Shown: positions 12,801 through 46,811, counted from the stretch's first letter. The stretch is DNA of 64,000 bases from Lingula anatina (GCA_051362555.1 CM120640.1:13826001-13890000), one strand, 5' to 3'. Numbers and translations: made by a program. The notes: generated from the letters alone by a model not told the origin.

Positions 12801-15705
12801 AACAGCCCTCTGTGTGCAGCGTCCATACGCCTCCATTCTGACCCAAACTTGAAAGCATCGTTAGCAGCCTTCACTGCCTTGTCAATGTCAGCCTAGCAAA
12901 AGAAATGAATTAACAAATGGGATAGTTTTTAGCATATTTTGAAGGTTATCTAATTATAAATCATCACCTTCTGTATAGAAGTGGCCACAATTCTGCAGTA
13001 AACTTCACTGAATTTATGTTCTTTGAAATAGAATAACCTTTCTTTTTTCTTGGTTATGTTAGTAAATTGCAATTTGGTGAAGTTGGCAGTTTCTAGATAT
13101 ACAATTTGATAAAAATATTATGAATCTATCCAGTTGTTGTATGAATATACTGAAGGGAATCTCTCTGCTTCAGTGCAGCTATACATGTTGCTGAGATAGT
13201 GTTACCTTGACAGAATGTATTGCATGGGAAAGGAATGTGCAAATAAGACCCAGTGACCGTAACAAAATCACATACAACCGAAAATCCTATATTGCATGTA
13301 TGTTATGATTTTTAAATGCAAATACTGAAAACCTGATTCGGTTTATTTTTTTCGGCAGCATCTTTGCATGCACAAGAGAAGGATGTGCTCTGGCCCAGGT
13401 TTACCAGCAGGGGAGATTATAGGGTGAAAACATGAGTGCAATAAGAGAAAGAATGTAACATTCTGTAATTTTATATATTCAAATTTTAACACATTAACTG
13501 GCCTGCTGGGGAGGCTGGGATGAGTTAATACATTCATGAAGATGTATCATATTGTGTGATAAAATGCATTCAAAACTGAGTATTTAAAAAAAGGCCTTAA
13601 AATACCTGTAGGAGTGGCTTTGAAAAGTAAGTGAGGGAGAACAATTCATCAATGTTGCTTACATTTAAAAAATGCCACTAGATTTGACCTACTCACAACC
13701 ATAAGTGAACACTGGAAATATGACCTAGAGTTTCAAAGTGCACCTCAAACTGTTCAGACAACCTATTTCTTCTACCAGTAATTTGCCTTTCAGTTACAAC
13801 TACTAAATTCAGTCTGTTCACAGAAAATGTCAATTATACACAAGAGGCTGAAAATAGAACCCAGATATCTTAAACAGATTTTCAGGGCATCCTTTATAAA
13901 CTGAAATGCACCATCTGGCTGTATAGTATGTAAGCAGAAAATACATGAAGCATTACTTTCACCAAAATCTTCACATACTTTTTATAGACTTCATGGCCCA
14001 TTTAAAGGATTCTTTATAAAATTATTCGCATGAATTTCAATGTCACAGCTTTCTTAGTCACCCCACGGCTGGTGCTTCGAACAACAGGATAACTGCACTT
14101 TGGTGGATTAGTCCTATTGTTTGAAGTACCAGCCGTGGGATAAGTCAGTTACAACTACAAGTACTCGTCTTTCACTGTATAGGGCATACAAGAGCAAATT
14201 ATGATGTAACAGAGAACCAACAACTCATTTAAATGTGGGTTAAGTCCTTAATTTTCAAAACTGTGGTATATTTTGACTTGGAACTTTAGATGCGTATGTA
14301 TTTGTTTTAATTTGAACATAAAGAAATTAAGTCTAACATTTTGAGAAATATATGTACTTTACTATATATCATGTAGTGCAAGACCTTATTCAACAGGTCC
14401 AGGTCCGATTTTTTCTGCTTTAAAATGTATAACCCAAGTTTTATATATGTAAATAAACACAAAATAGATCAGGGGCATAGCTTTAACTCAGTAGTATCTC
14501 CCAACCCATGAACAAAGTGCTCGACTTCCATCTGGAGATATGATCAAAAAACCTTTTTCAGACAAAATTCCAAATGTTATATTTAAAAGAGAACCAATCA
14601 CAAGCAAATCCAGTCTATAACATGCAATTAAAAAATCTACATTTGGAATGAAAGCAAGCACAGATCATCTCATATCCTTTAAAACAGGAAAATTTCAAAT
14701 TACAATTACAATAATATAATGTTATTGCTACTGTTTCAAATAACATCAACATTATCTACAGTTATCATGACACATATGTACTAGTAACCTGACCTTCTCT
14801 TATATTTACCTTGTCTCCCTCCTGTACATCACAAATCTTCTGTCCAGTGGAAGGGTTGATGGTAGGAAATGTCTTTCCACTCACTGATTCATGCCACTCA
14901 TTGTTGATAAAGATCTACAGAGTGGATCCGAAGTAGAAAACAGAAATGCAGTTGTATTTATAAAAAAAACGAGTATGAAGCAAATAATTGATTAATTATT
15001 CAATTATTATTTTAAAAGATAACAACAAATGTAAATGGCACTACTGTATTTGTACATAAAACAAGGCATCTACCACTTATCAACTTTAATTTCACATGAA
15101 AATGCTACATGCGTATCCCCACTGATAAATTAATGATAAACAGGATCTGACACCAATATCATTATATACATGTACTTGCATGCATATTGCTAGTATATTT
15201 GGCAGTGCAGTTTTTTATTATCTAGGCAAAGTTCAAATGTAGCAAAAGTATAATCACTAATGACAAAAACAGGTTTCATTATGTAATTTATGACCATTTT
15301 TCTTCCAAGGAACAGGTTTAACCTATTTTTCGTTCCTGTTGTTTACTGAGCCTTGAACTAATTCCATACACAACATAATACACTGTATTAAAGCAGAACT
15401 CTTTCTTTTTTTTTTTTTTATACCAAAAAGTAAATAAAACATCGTCCAAAATAACTACACACAGATCCGCTGGCAGTCTAGAAATAGAGCCTAAATGTTA
15501 TACTGGAGCGATTTTCGACCCCGGCTTCAGTGAGTGAGATATGGTAAATCCAGGGGTGTAATGTAACCCGCAAGCAATGGCCTCTTACCCCGGTGTATTT
15601 GACGTCGGGGTTCCTGTCCGGTTCTGGAATAGCTGCAGCCGCAAATGAACGCCTCAGAGAGCCCAGGCGAGAGGTAGCCCTGCACACCTTCAGAAGGCTG
15701 GACAT
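8382..15705 (-). CDS. ALDH2: Mitochondrial aldehyde dehydrogenase (ALDH2-type); 14 exons, 518 aa
   Basis: Exons: 15589-15705, 14810-14914, 12752-12892, 12406-12485, 12099-12148, 11761-11822, 11434-11562, 10829-10942, 10440-10542, 9943-10127, 9508-9672, 8962-9119, 8626-8740, 8382-8414 (1557 nt). Arg/Ser-rich, acid-free presequence [21 protein letters not shown]. Motifs [19 protein letters not shown], catalytic [29 protein letters not shown] and C-terminal IPQKNS. The three consecutive Cys, the Phe in NAFDKF and the presequence favour ALDH2 over ALDH1A. Confidence 0.95.
9266..9309. repeat. (AAT)n microsatellite in an ALDH2 intron
   Basis: Uninterrupted aat run, about 14 units. Confidence 0.95.
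9827..9873. repeat. (AT)n microsatellite in an ALDH2 intron
   Basis: Uninterrupted at run, about 23 units. Confidence 0.95.
14062..14139. repeat. 78-bp inverted repeat or hairpin (collapsed MITE or structured RNA) in ALDH2 intron 2
   Basis: Left arm cccacggctggtgcttcgaacaacagga versus reverse complement of the right arm cccacggctggtacttcaaacaatagga: 25 of 28 identical. Confidence 0.75.
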
Positions 15706-16030
15706 GACCAAATTTTCACTGGTTTCCAGGTAAGTTGAACTTCGGTTGAGCTAATCAGGTTAGAGTCACACTTAGACGAGTTTATTACCAGAGGAAAGTG
15801 GGGGTTAAGGTGTTTAACGCGAGCAGGTTTGGATGATTAACTTTCAAGTCTTTTGTAAACAAAAGTGTAAATGACAGTCAATTTCAAAGGCATGCGTGAG
15901 GAAATTTACTTTTACTATCTGACAAGGAGGATAAATAATATGAGGCCAATGAGCAAGCAAACACAGTTGACTTTGCAGTTGTCCGAGTAGCGTGCGAATT
16001 AGGGCTTCAAGGTCAATTTGTTCAATGCTC
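15706..16030 (-). promoter_or_regulatory. ALDH2 5'UTR and proximal promoter with CCAAT box and nuclear-receptor half-sites
   Basis: Directly upstream of the ATG and CpG-retaining. ggccaatga near 15943, ttgactttg at 15967-15975, TCAAGGTCA at 16007-16015. Confidence 0.45.
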
Positions 16031-16719
16031 CAATAAATATATTGAATTCATCCTAAACTCCTTAGTCACCGTGCAGCTCACGCAGTACTTTTGTCTATTT
16101 GTGGCTATAACTTGTGAAAATAAGAGGGTGGAGGTGTCAGTTGTATATGAAATTGATCGGACATTTTTATATTTACAGGTAGAAACGTCAAACTGAACGC
16201 CTCCTGCTTTATACACATTACAGATACCAGTACAAGAATGTCGGCTTGTGGACAACATGAGCGATTCTACGTGAATTCCAAAGAAAAATTAAAAAAAGGG
16301 CTGCATTAGTTTCTTTTTCATAGATATGAAAAACGTACGTGATGGCAATTTTATAAGAAAAGACAAAGTAACATGGTATAATAGTTGTGACAATATGGTT
16401 AAATAAACATGTTATCAAACATTTTTTTAAATAATCCCTTGCCCACAAGACATTGAAGTGCGTTTGGAAGTTATGGTCGGTTGCTCATATGAAGCACGCA
16501 ACCCATTTACTGTCATTCCTCAACTTCATATGTTGTATTGATGTAGTAATCAACAAGCACAGATAAAAAAAGAGCCCTTCCCTTTTTTTTTTGTAAGTAT
16601 GGCCCAATGTCCTCATTCACTTTTCAGAGAATCACGGCCTCCCATAGTGTATTGACCTTGTATTGCTTTGAATAAGATAAGTATTTAAACAACTACAAAC
16701 AAAATACTCCTCTGTTTAA

Positions 16720-16725
16720 TTTATT
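16720..16725 (-). terminator. Candidate AATAAA polyadenylation signal of the myosin I gene
   Basis: tttatt on +, about 1.35 kb past the stop, followed on - by a GT/T-rich stretch. Confidence 0.35.
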
Positions 16726-18068
16726 ACAAGTTTTTACATTAAAGGGAAAATAAATAGAGAGCTATAAAGTTGCTGTGTATAACAATTTGTGTACCAGGAT
16801 CTTGGAATGTGCACTAGAATAACATCATATATAACTTGGCCATTATCACATTTTAACTAATTTGTTTCTCACCCTCTTTTATCTGATAAAAAGAAAAACA
16901 ATTATTTCTGTTCCTTATCACTGACATGAACACTTTGTGTTGATTTTACATTCACATTTGAATCATGATATTGAGAAATGGACATCTCAATGCTGAAGCA
17001 ATGCTGAACATATATATTAGCATCATAAGCTTTTAAGCTGATATTATAACATATCTATATGAAACTGAAGTCACTTCATTAAAAAGCAATAACAAGTCTT
17101 TAGCTTACAAAATATTAATGAGACTGTATAAAGTACAAATAATTTTATATATTTATATATATATATACATCACTTATTTTTGTCAAAACATTGTGTCAGC
17201 AGAAAACAAGTTAACAAACTGCTGCATCATCAACAACAATGTCTGTGGTCCTGTAATGCTGTTACAGACTTTTTCATATAAACACAGGAGAAAACTGCAA
17301 GGTAAAATATGCTTGGAATTTCTTCTTTCAACTAATGTAACAGGTACAAAGACACTGCAATGTAAGAAGTTCATAAGCCATAAAAGTATGCAGTTTTGTT
17401 CTATTCTCTGTGGAAAAAAAAGAAAGCCTTCTGACTACAATGATATCTCAGCTATTTACCAACATCTGCCTACTGTAAATGCTACCATATTTAAAGTATT
17501 AGAATTTTTGCTTGCACAGTTAAAGGCTAAAAAAAATCCACATCCAAAATTCATGCACTTAGGATTTTAGATTTTTACATGGCACTTAGATTGGTATAGC
17601 ACTTCAATCATATCCTTTTGTATTATGATTAAAACTGTCTTTATCAAAACCCCACATCCACATGTATACTATAAATACCTACTGATACATTCCCTTTGGG
17701 GCATCTGAGACCTTTGCTACATATGATTGGAATGAATGTTGCAAATGGACTAGTTTCATTTGTTAATAAACATGAAATAAGTGTTTACAATTAAGATGAC
17801 TCTTATGTATGTGAACTTAAATAACTGACAAACTAGGGATATCTCTCTGAATGCTTAGATTGCCATCTTCTTCATCTCATAAACCACCTGGGTTGAACTT
17901 AATACTTTTTTGAGGCTCTCTTAACAAATCTGTATGTCCTAATTCATCCATATATTTCTTTAGTTCTATGGCCAGCTAAGCCTTTGATGTGATGAATACT
18001 GGCACCAATCTGTTCACTATCACCTTAAGGTATTAGAATTTCAACACCTCCCAGTCTTTCTGCCTGGT

Positions 18069-39169
<21,101 letters not shown>

Positions 39170-39579
39170 CCTGCCTTTCTCATCAGTTCCAGATAACAAA
39201 CCAACCCGAAAGAAAATTACTCAATAAGTGCTTAGTATATTTTGGAGATCCACTAAAGAAGTAAGCTGGCAAAATGAATCACTTCACCCGGTCGCTATCC
39301 CACCCGGAAATGTGTTACTCATTCGCGCAAGCGCAAAAGTTTCAACTATGAGGTCATCAAAAGGTCATCAAAACAATTCCCCAAAAACAAAGAATTGAAA
39401 AACATTAATGGAATGGAAGCCAAATTCTAAATCCAAATATGTTAATATATAAATATTAAAACTCTTTTTTTGCGTTTTTGATGACGTTTTTTGCAACATA
39501 TAATCTGTTGTAAGTGAATAAAACTATGTATGACATGTAACTTTAGTCCAGTTTTTCTATTTAGCTCTACGGATGTAAA
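39170..39579. promoter_or_regulatory. Bidirectional promoter and 5'UTR region shared by the myosin I gene (-) and NDUFS4 (+)
   Basis: The divergent ATGs are about 410 bp apart and the interval retains CpG. ETS-like ccggaaat 39304-39311, NRF1-like gcgcaagcgca 39325-39335, AGGTCA-tcaaa-AGGTCA 39351-39367, probable 55-nt 5'UTR intron 39510-39564. Confidence 0.7.
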
Positions 39580-42213
39580 ATGGCTTCCCTCCTCTTGAGA
39601 CGAGCTGGTTCTGTTTTGCGGAATAATTCGTCAATAAGGTAAAATTGTTAGATATGAATTTCAATGTCTTGTGCTCATGCTTGTTCTTTAAAACTTTTTT
39701 TGTACCAGCACAGCATGCAATTTACAAGTATTTGGTTTACAACACTTTTCTGAATACAGTTACCTGTAGTATTAGATCTGATAGATATAATATATCAGAA
39801 AAATTTTCAAACTGATCAGAAAATTATAATACTTATATCTTCTGAAAGGTTATGCAAAAAATAGATGAATTCTTTTGGAATTTTTAAAACATTCCTACAA
39901 GCAACAAAGTTATTGAAGTTTTTTTAACTGCAAAATTTCACCAAAAGTGAACTTTAATTACACGGCATAAATTACAAGCACTTTCATGCAGTACTTATCT
40001 GAAATTTTTGACATTTTGTCGAGGCAAAACTTCAAAACGTCCTCTGATCCAAGTTCTCTAAGACTGCAATATGGGAAAATCACGTGACCGGAATTTATTC
40101 TTTGATTTACAGCTTATTTAGTAAATGGCTTGTATTAGTTTATTTACACGGCGCTAAAAGAGAGATTTAAAAATGGGATGTCATAGGCGAGCGGTTAGCA
40201 GGCGGGTCTCAGGTTTTGTACTTCACTGCCCCTGGATAGTTCTACTGTGGCACTGATCACTGTGCGACTGATCAATGTCTGTATTCAGCTTTTCAAATAA
40301 AAATTAGTGCGGCAGTTTACTACTTGCCATATATTTTGTGACATAATTTGCAGTTCAGAGTTTAAACATATCACAATTTAGATTTTAAAAACTCCTCAAA
40401 AACAAGGATTTACATTTATAAGTTTTGTGGTATATTGCATAAGTAGTATTTATATTGGCACTACTATAAATATATGGTATTAATGGAATATAGTGAAATG
40501 TTCACATTGACAACAAGTCCGAACCATTCATTCTTTGGCACTATTGCAGAGGTGTCCCTAAATTGGACAGTACACTGCAGTACAGTGCAACACAGTGCAT
40601 TACACTTAAAAAAAAAAAAAGTCCAGTCACAAGTAATAAGGGGAAACTGTCATTCCAAATAAAATAAATATAAAAGAGAAATATGTTATGAGGTAATTAA
40701 AAGCATTGATACTACTTACGAAATCTGTATTGCAGTATACTGCACTGTATTGGCACACGCAATTTAGGCACACCACAGTATCTCCTTGCCAAATAACTAT
40801 TTATAAAAAAATATATATATATCAATACTAGAACACAATGATGAAAACAGAAGCAAGCCATTATTAGAAGACATTATCTCCATCTTGTTCCACAGTGATG
40901 ACCCTGCTCTTTTCATCTGTGCATCTTTCTTGTCTGACTGAAAAAAATTTAATTTGTTGCTGTTAACCAATCTTAATTATCTGTTCAATTCCCAGTTAAA
41001 GGTATAAAATATTTCTACATTGCAGAAATCTTTGTGGAAGTCGAGTGTTACAAGCAAGTGATGACGATGTTTATGCTGTTGAAGTAATAGACAAAAAAAG
41101 TGGCAGTGCTCTTATAGAAGTGGAAGAAAATGTAAGAAATTGAAGTTCTGATGCATGTTTGACACATGTACTTTTACCATACCTTTACACTCACATGACT
41201 TTGTTTACCTGAAAGATCCTTCCATAATTACTGTACTTGATTTTGCCATATTTTAAATTGACTCTTGATGTTGTCAGAATAAACTTCAGTTTTTTCCTAG
41301 GAATACCTTATTGAATAATACTTAAGAACTTAACATAATATGTCACTTAAGCATTTTTCTTCTTGGATATTGTTCATAATAAATAATAATATGTATGACA
41401 TTGCTTAGTTGTAAAAGAATGCCAGTGATCACTCAAGATGTGTCATCCAGACATTCCATTGTCTTCTTATTGACTATGAACAGGTTGAAACTGGTGTGAT
41501 ATCTGGTGCACCTGTAGAACACGTGAAAGGCAGACATGCAAGGATATTTGTCCCAGCTATGAATGCTATGCAGTCTGGCAGTGCTGCCACAAGGCTATGG
41601 AGGCTAGAATATGACACAAGGGAACGCTGGGAAAACCCTCTGATGGGATGGTCATCTTCGTAAGTGTTTATATTATTCTAAACTTTCACAAAATAATGCC
41701 ATTTATTTAATTGCAGTGGACAATTAAATAGACTGCATATTATCATTACAGTTGAAACAAGTGTTACAATTGAAAATTAATTATTTTTTTATGTTCTTTT
41801 TTTGTTAGGGGTGACCCGTTATCAAATATAGTTCTTGAATTCAGCTCTCAGGAGGATGCAGTAAGACATGCAGAAAGAATGGGTGAGTTACATGCATATG
41901 ATGAATCTTTAAACATGGTATCACATTATGAAAAAAGAGGGAGATATTTTACTTAAAGTAATAGTTTGGTTACTAAATTGCATCCATCTTGGGAAATCTC
42001 ACCAATCTAAAAGTATACAAGTTGGCAAGAAAGAAATTGTTGTTTTTTTCTAATGTTGTATTGTACTGTGAAGTGAAGTTAAATATTCTTCTTTTTCTTC
42101 TCTTATAAGGTTACAAGTACCATGTAGAAGCCCCAACACAAAAAGTATTACGAAAGAAGTCATATGGTGCAAATTTTGCCTGGAATAAAAAAACAAGGGT
42201 ATCTACAAAATAA
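39580..42213 (+). CDS. NDUFS4: NADH:ubiquinone oxidoreductase subunit S4 (complex I 18-kDa subunit), mitochondrial precursor; 5 coding exons, 172 aa
   Basis: Exons 39580-39638, 41026-41131, 41484-41659, 41809-41882, 42110-42213 (519 nt). Presequence MASLLLRRAGSVLRN. Motifs RIFVPAMNAMQSG, RWENPLMGWSSSGDPLSN and KSYGANFAWNKKTRVSTK*. It is absent from the ORF track because the exons are short. Confidence 0.95.
40545..40780. mobile_element. Degenerate MITE of about 235 bp in NDUFS4 intron 1
   Basis: ggtgtccctaaattg..cagtacactgcagtacagtgcaacacag on the left versus reverse complement ggtgtgcctaaattg..caatacagtgcagtatactgcaatacag on the right. The right end reads caccacag|ta. Confidence 0.55.
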
Positions 42214-43296
42214 CACAAAGGATGCGCCTGTATTATAAGGATAAAACAGAAATACTGTTGCTTAACTGAGCTAAAACAGCAGAATGTAAAAATACTGTTG
42301 CTTGAAAATAGGAATATACAGAATACTGTTAAAGCTGTGATTGTCATTGCAGTTTGAACCTATATGCGGCTATTGACTATTTACAACAGTTTTGTTGTGG
42401 TTTTGAACACACTTGTATATTATTTACTTTTAGTTGAAATGTAATACACTTATTTTGAAAAAAAAAATTGCTGTTATTGTTGCAAATAGAATTTAAGTTC
42501 TTTTTATCAAGCAAATAGTAGGTGAGCAAAATTGGCAAAATGACATAAGAATGCAAGTTTCTTAACTAAGAGAATAAACAGAAAAGTGGCCATCTATATA
42601 TTTTTATGGATAGATGGTTTGTCTGGAGATATAGCCTTCAACCTTATGTACAGTAGAGGGCAATTTAATTTTGATGGGGATTTTGCTTGTAAAAGGGTCC
42701 TTTATGAAAGTTTTTGCACAAAATCAAATTTTCATTGTGAAAAAAAGCAATTTATCCTACTTACAAAGTATTGATATACCCTTCTTTGGATTGGATGCTT
42801 GCTCTTAAAAATGCATTTGAAGCTAATTTACATGTCAAATCATTGCCACTACGTATACCCGACCAAGTGCCACCATATAGTTAAGTTTCAAAAAGCATAG
42901 CTTCAGGGCATGCCAAAAGATATGGTTTTGTATTTCTGGTAGAATTATATTTAAACAAATGCTTTCCTTTATATATCCATGGGTAGTTTTCGCCAACCCT
43001 ATTTTGAATGATTATGCTGTAACAGCATGCAGCAGTAATGCTTTATACATGTCTAGTAGTATCAGTAGTAGTAATAGTTTATTTCGTGAATGTGTGGCAA
43101 CATAAACAAATAAAAGTTATTCACAATCTGAAAACACACATAATATACAGAGCTTATAACCCAGGTGCTGCTTATAAATAATCTATACATGTTGGTACTG
43201 AACATACGCTTCATACATAAAGTCTACAACAAATTCCAAAGAACCTTCACACAGCTCATGTACAATATTAAAGTTGAAGTCATACTGTTCTCCTAG

Positions 43297-43511
43297 GCTC
43301 TATTCCCATAGGTTTTAGATCTATGTATCCCCGCGGGGAGTCTCACTAGATTACTTTCAGATAATCCGACTTAAATGTCTGTCCCGCCTACTACAAGCTG
43401 TAAGAGGGTAATTAACTTTCGTGTCCGCCCGGCTGACAGCTATTTAGCGTGAACCCCCAGGGAGTTAGGTCGATCTAAAGTAGGTCGATCTAATCTATGG
43501 AAATGGGATGC
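43297..43511. mobile_element. MITE-like element of about 215 bp (possibly PIF/Harbinger-like), intergenic
   Basis: Imperfect TIRs ctattcccataggttttagatc versus reverse complement ccatttccatagattagatc. Inner inverted GC-rich blocks. tag on both flanks could be a 3-bp TSD. CpG-rich compared with the flanks. Confidence 0.5.
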
Positions 43512-46500
43512 TAGTTGTTTAGTCATAGGGAATTCCAGCAAAACATGCCTCTCTGTATGTACAGATATCCCGTTTGTACAGACATTAGGCAGACATTCAT
43601 GAACTGGGACAAATGGGTCAAATTAAGACCAACAGTTTGAAGAAGTTGCAGTATTAAAACTTTGTTTATTGGCTGAGGGAATGATTAATTTAGTTTATTC
43701 TTTGGCATGTGGAGTGAATCATAAAAAAACGTAGTGATTTATATGCATTGCAGAGACTATGCTTTGCTAAAAGATGTAAAATGTTTGTAATGTAAAATTG
43801 ACTATTGTTTGATAGAAAAAAATTGTTTTCATTACATTTTGGAAAGGAAATTAATATTTGAAAATGAATAAATATATCACTGAAATAGAAATTAAAAAAA
43901 ATTAAAACCTATTCGTTGAGAAGAGAAGTTAAATTTTTTATTTCTAAAAGTTATTTTATACATGATTAACAATGCACAAAAGATTCCATAATCATTTTAT
44001 CTAAAAGTGCTGGTGATATGCAGTGAATTATTTTGCCTGCACTTTTAAGTTGAGGTTCTAAGCAATACACTAATGATATCAGTAGGCAAAAAAGAAAACT
44101 AAAACTAGTATTTCTTATTGCCAGAATTGTTTTTCAACATACTTCAATTGCAGTTGTTAAGCTCTTCATGATGCGTGTGTTGTGAAGTCTCTCTAAATGT
44201 CTCAACTGCCACATGTTTGTGATATGTAGGTTAGTACACTCCAAACAAAATGTAGGGTCAGTTTCATTTGGTTGATTTACATTTTGGAAAGCTAGTGGAA
44301 GTATTTGTGGAAAACACTCATTATTTTCATAAAATGAAAGAAAGACACATATTAAGATCAATACAATTTATCTGACAGATGTAAGTTAACCATTCCTAAA
44401 CATGAAAACAAATGTTTACAAAAAGGAGTAATTTTAAAACCACTGGAAAATAATACTTAACAATAATTCTTTAAGAACTTAACCATTTTCTGAAATGAAA
44501 ATTAAGTTAAAGCAGATAAATATTAAAAATGTTTGATGATAAAATTATAGGATAATACTTGGTGATATTTATGATCTTTTTAAAGTTAGCTTGGTACACT
44601 ACACATGCTTAATGAAAGTGTTTTTGTCCTTTATACAATAGAAAGGTATTATAATTATACTCAGTCCATTAACCTGTTTCAAGACAGCTCAGGTAAGGCC
44701 TGTGTGCCTGTTACTTGATGTACTAGAAATTGCATCTTTTCGTAGTAATTTGTTTTTAAAAGGGCCGTGTATAGTGTAGAGAGTGTCAGTAGCATCCTGG
44801 AAGCCAGTTTCCCCTGAGGGCAGTCTTATTGATTATGTTCTTAACATTAAGTACAGTATGGTTTATTTCCATCTACTTCAAATCCACCACTCCTCCACAG
44901 TTAGCTGTATGTAGGTGTGTAAATGACTCTCATTCATGAGAACATGCTACTGGGGAGGAATTCAAAGTAGAAAATGTGGAAACAAATAGATCAATGCCAA
45001 ATTAGTCTACTAGTGTAGTACTACAGTTCATCATTGACGGCCTCAGGATATATGGGATCCGGTGGGTGGCATTCACCAGCTGAGTCTATTTGTTTCTTTT
45101 CTGTTCATCTTCCTGATAGAGCTCTGTCAGACGGGTGCAAATTTCCTTCAGAAAATACGGAATAGTTCAATAGGTTACCGTGATAACCCTGTGTCCAGTA
45201 AATGAATGGTTTGTTACTCTTTATCTTCACACCCTGCCATGCTTGTGGCTCTGAGGGCCGTGAACACAGTGAGCATCTTACTACACTTCAGGTGCAGTTA
45301 TGGCAGGATACTGCGAGCTGGTTTTCTTTTCAGATTGGCAACAATTTTATATTTCTTTCATGCCTAGGCTACATTTGTCAACCAGTGCACCTGCACTTCG
45401 GCTTAGTTTTTATAACATTCATGACATGAATTACTGAACTTTTACTCTCGTGGCTCATATTTCATGGAAATTGACTTTTTCACAAAAAGTGACCAGGCAT
45501 AGGAAAGCCCTACAGTCAGGAGGGCTGTAGTGTTTGCTAGGGTATCCTGCTCTGTACCGATGTGACCCATCAAACAAAAAGTTTTGAACATTTACATTAA
45601 AATGTGTTACATGTTAAAGTTAAATTATATGAAAAACTAGTGCATCAGAACAAAAACAAAGAAGTGAATGCATCTTTTGAATCACCTTGAGGAGTTTGTT
45701 CAAATGCAGAAAAGTTTCAGAAAGCTAATAAGGAGAAGGTGCTGACATTTACTCGATTTTTTTTTCAGCTAAAGATAACAGAAACATTATGATGTTATAA
45801 AAATATGACAAAGCCATTACATTTAAGACTATCTGAATATTACAGATTTCTGGAGAAGCAAATGTGATGATTAGTTCCTTGAATATTACCACATGCTTAA
45901 AACACATGGGAAAGTCTCGTGATGTGGTGAATTGGAAAGAGAGTCAAAACATTCACAAACGTGAGAAAGGAATTTTCTTTCAAGTTGTGTTTACTGTATA
46001 AAGTTCAAGAATAAAAAATAAAAGCCAAATTGATTGTACTGTTTGTAGGATTTAAAAATATTATTGTTATGACGTCTAACTTTGCAATGAGCATAATCTA
46101 AACATCCCATCCCACAAGTACATACACCTTGGAGCAAAAGATTAAGAAGTGTTTTTTGTTGACGTTATTGCAGTTACGTCATCTAGTGGCATTCTAGATC
46201 TGAAACTGAAATTATCGGTCACAGTAAGTTCATTGCATAGAGGCTAGGGGTAAGATTTTGTCAAAGATATCACTTTTTTCTTAAAATGCAGGAAGCACTA
46301 AATAAGAAATGTTTGGGCAAGTAGTGACCCAGCTATATAGACAAAAAACATGCAGTCATTTAATTTTGAGGAATGTCCCTTGTGAAGATTATCGTTTTTT
46401 GATCTTTGGTGTTTTTGTTTTGAATAAGATTTGGCCACTTTTCAAGACAGCATGCCAAGTTTTTGGTTCATTTCAGAGAAGTAGAGGGCTGTGCCCCTAG

Positions 46501-46811
46501 GATCAGCATTTCATTGGTTACTTCACTCGGATGGTGCAGCCTGTCCTCAAAAGTTTTCATTGACTGGCAAAGTTGCTAATTTTCTAAGGTCAGGTGTAAA
46601 TATTTGGAGAAAACTGAGACTATGAATGTCAGTCATGATTTAGCTGAAACTTGGCCAAGATCATTAGCTGTCTGAAGTCTCTAGGGTGCTTGACAGAGGT
46701 CACTGAGCACAGAAACAAGTTACTTTGAACCACATATCTGCAATTCCTCCTTGTGTACCTTGAATATTGATGATTTACTTTTCCTTCCACTGCCTCCACC
46801 CCCCCCCCATC

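Noticed and set aside
40860-41208. Antisense exon-like segments within NDUFS4 introns (41183-41208 and an acceptor near 40938)
   Set aside because: Splice-like signals are present, but I could not build a convincing phase-consistent protein or find an upstream start.
42250-42330. Three aatactgtt copies in the NDUFS4 3'UTR resembling the miR-8/200 seed
   Set aside because: They are in the seed-sense orientation, so they are not target sites in this mRNA. A small tandem duplication explains them.
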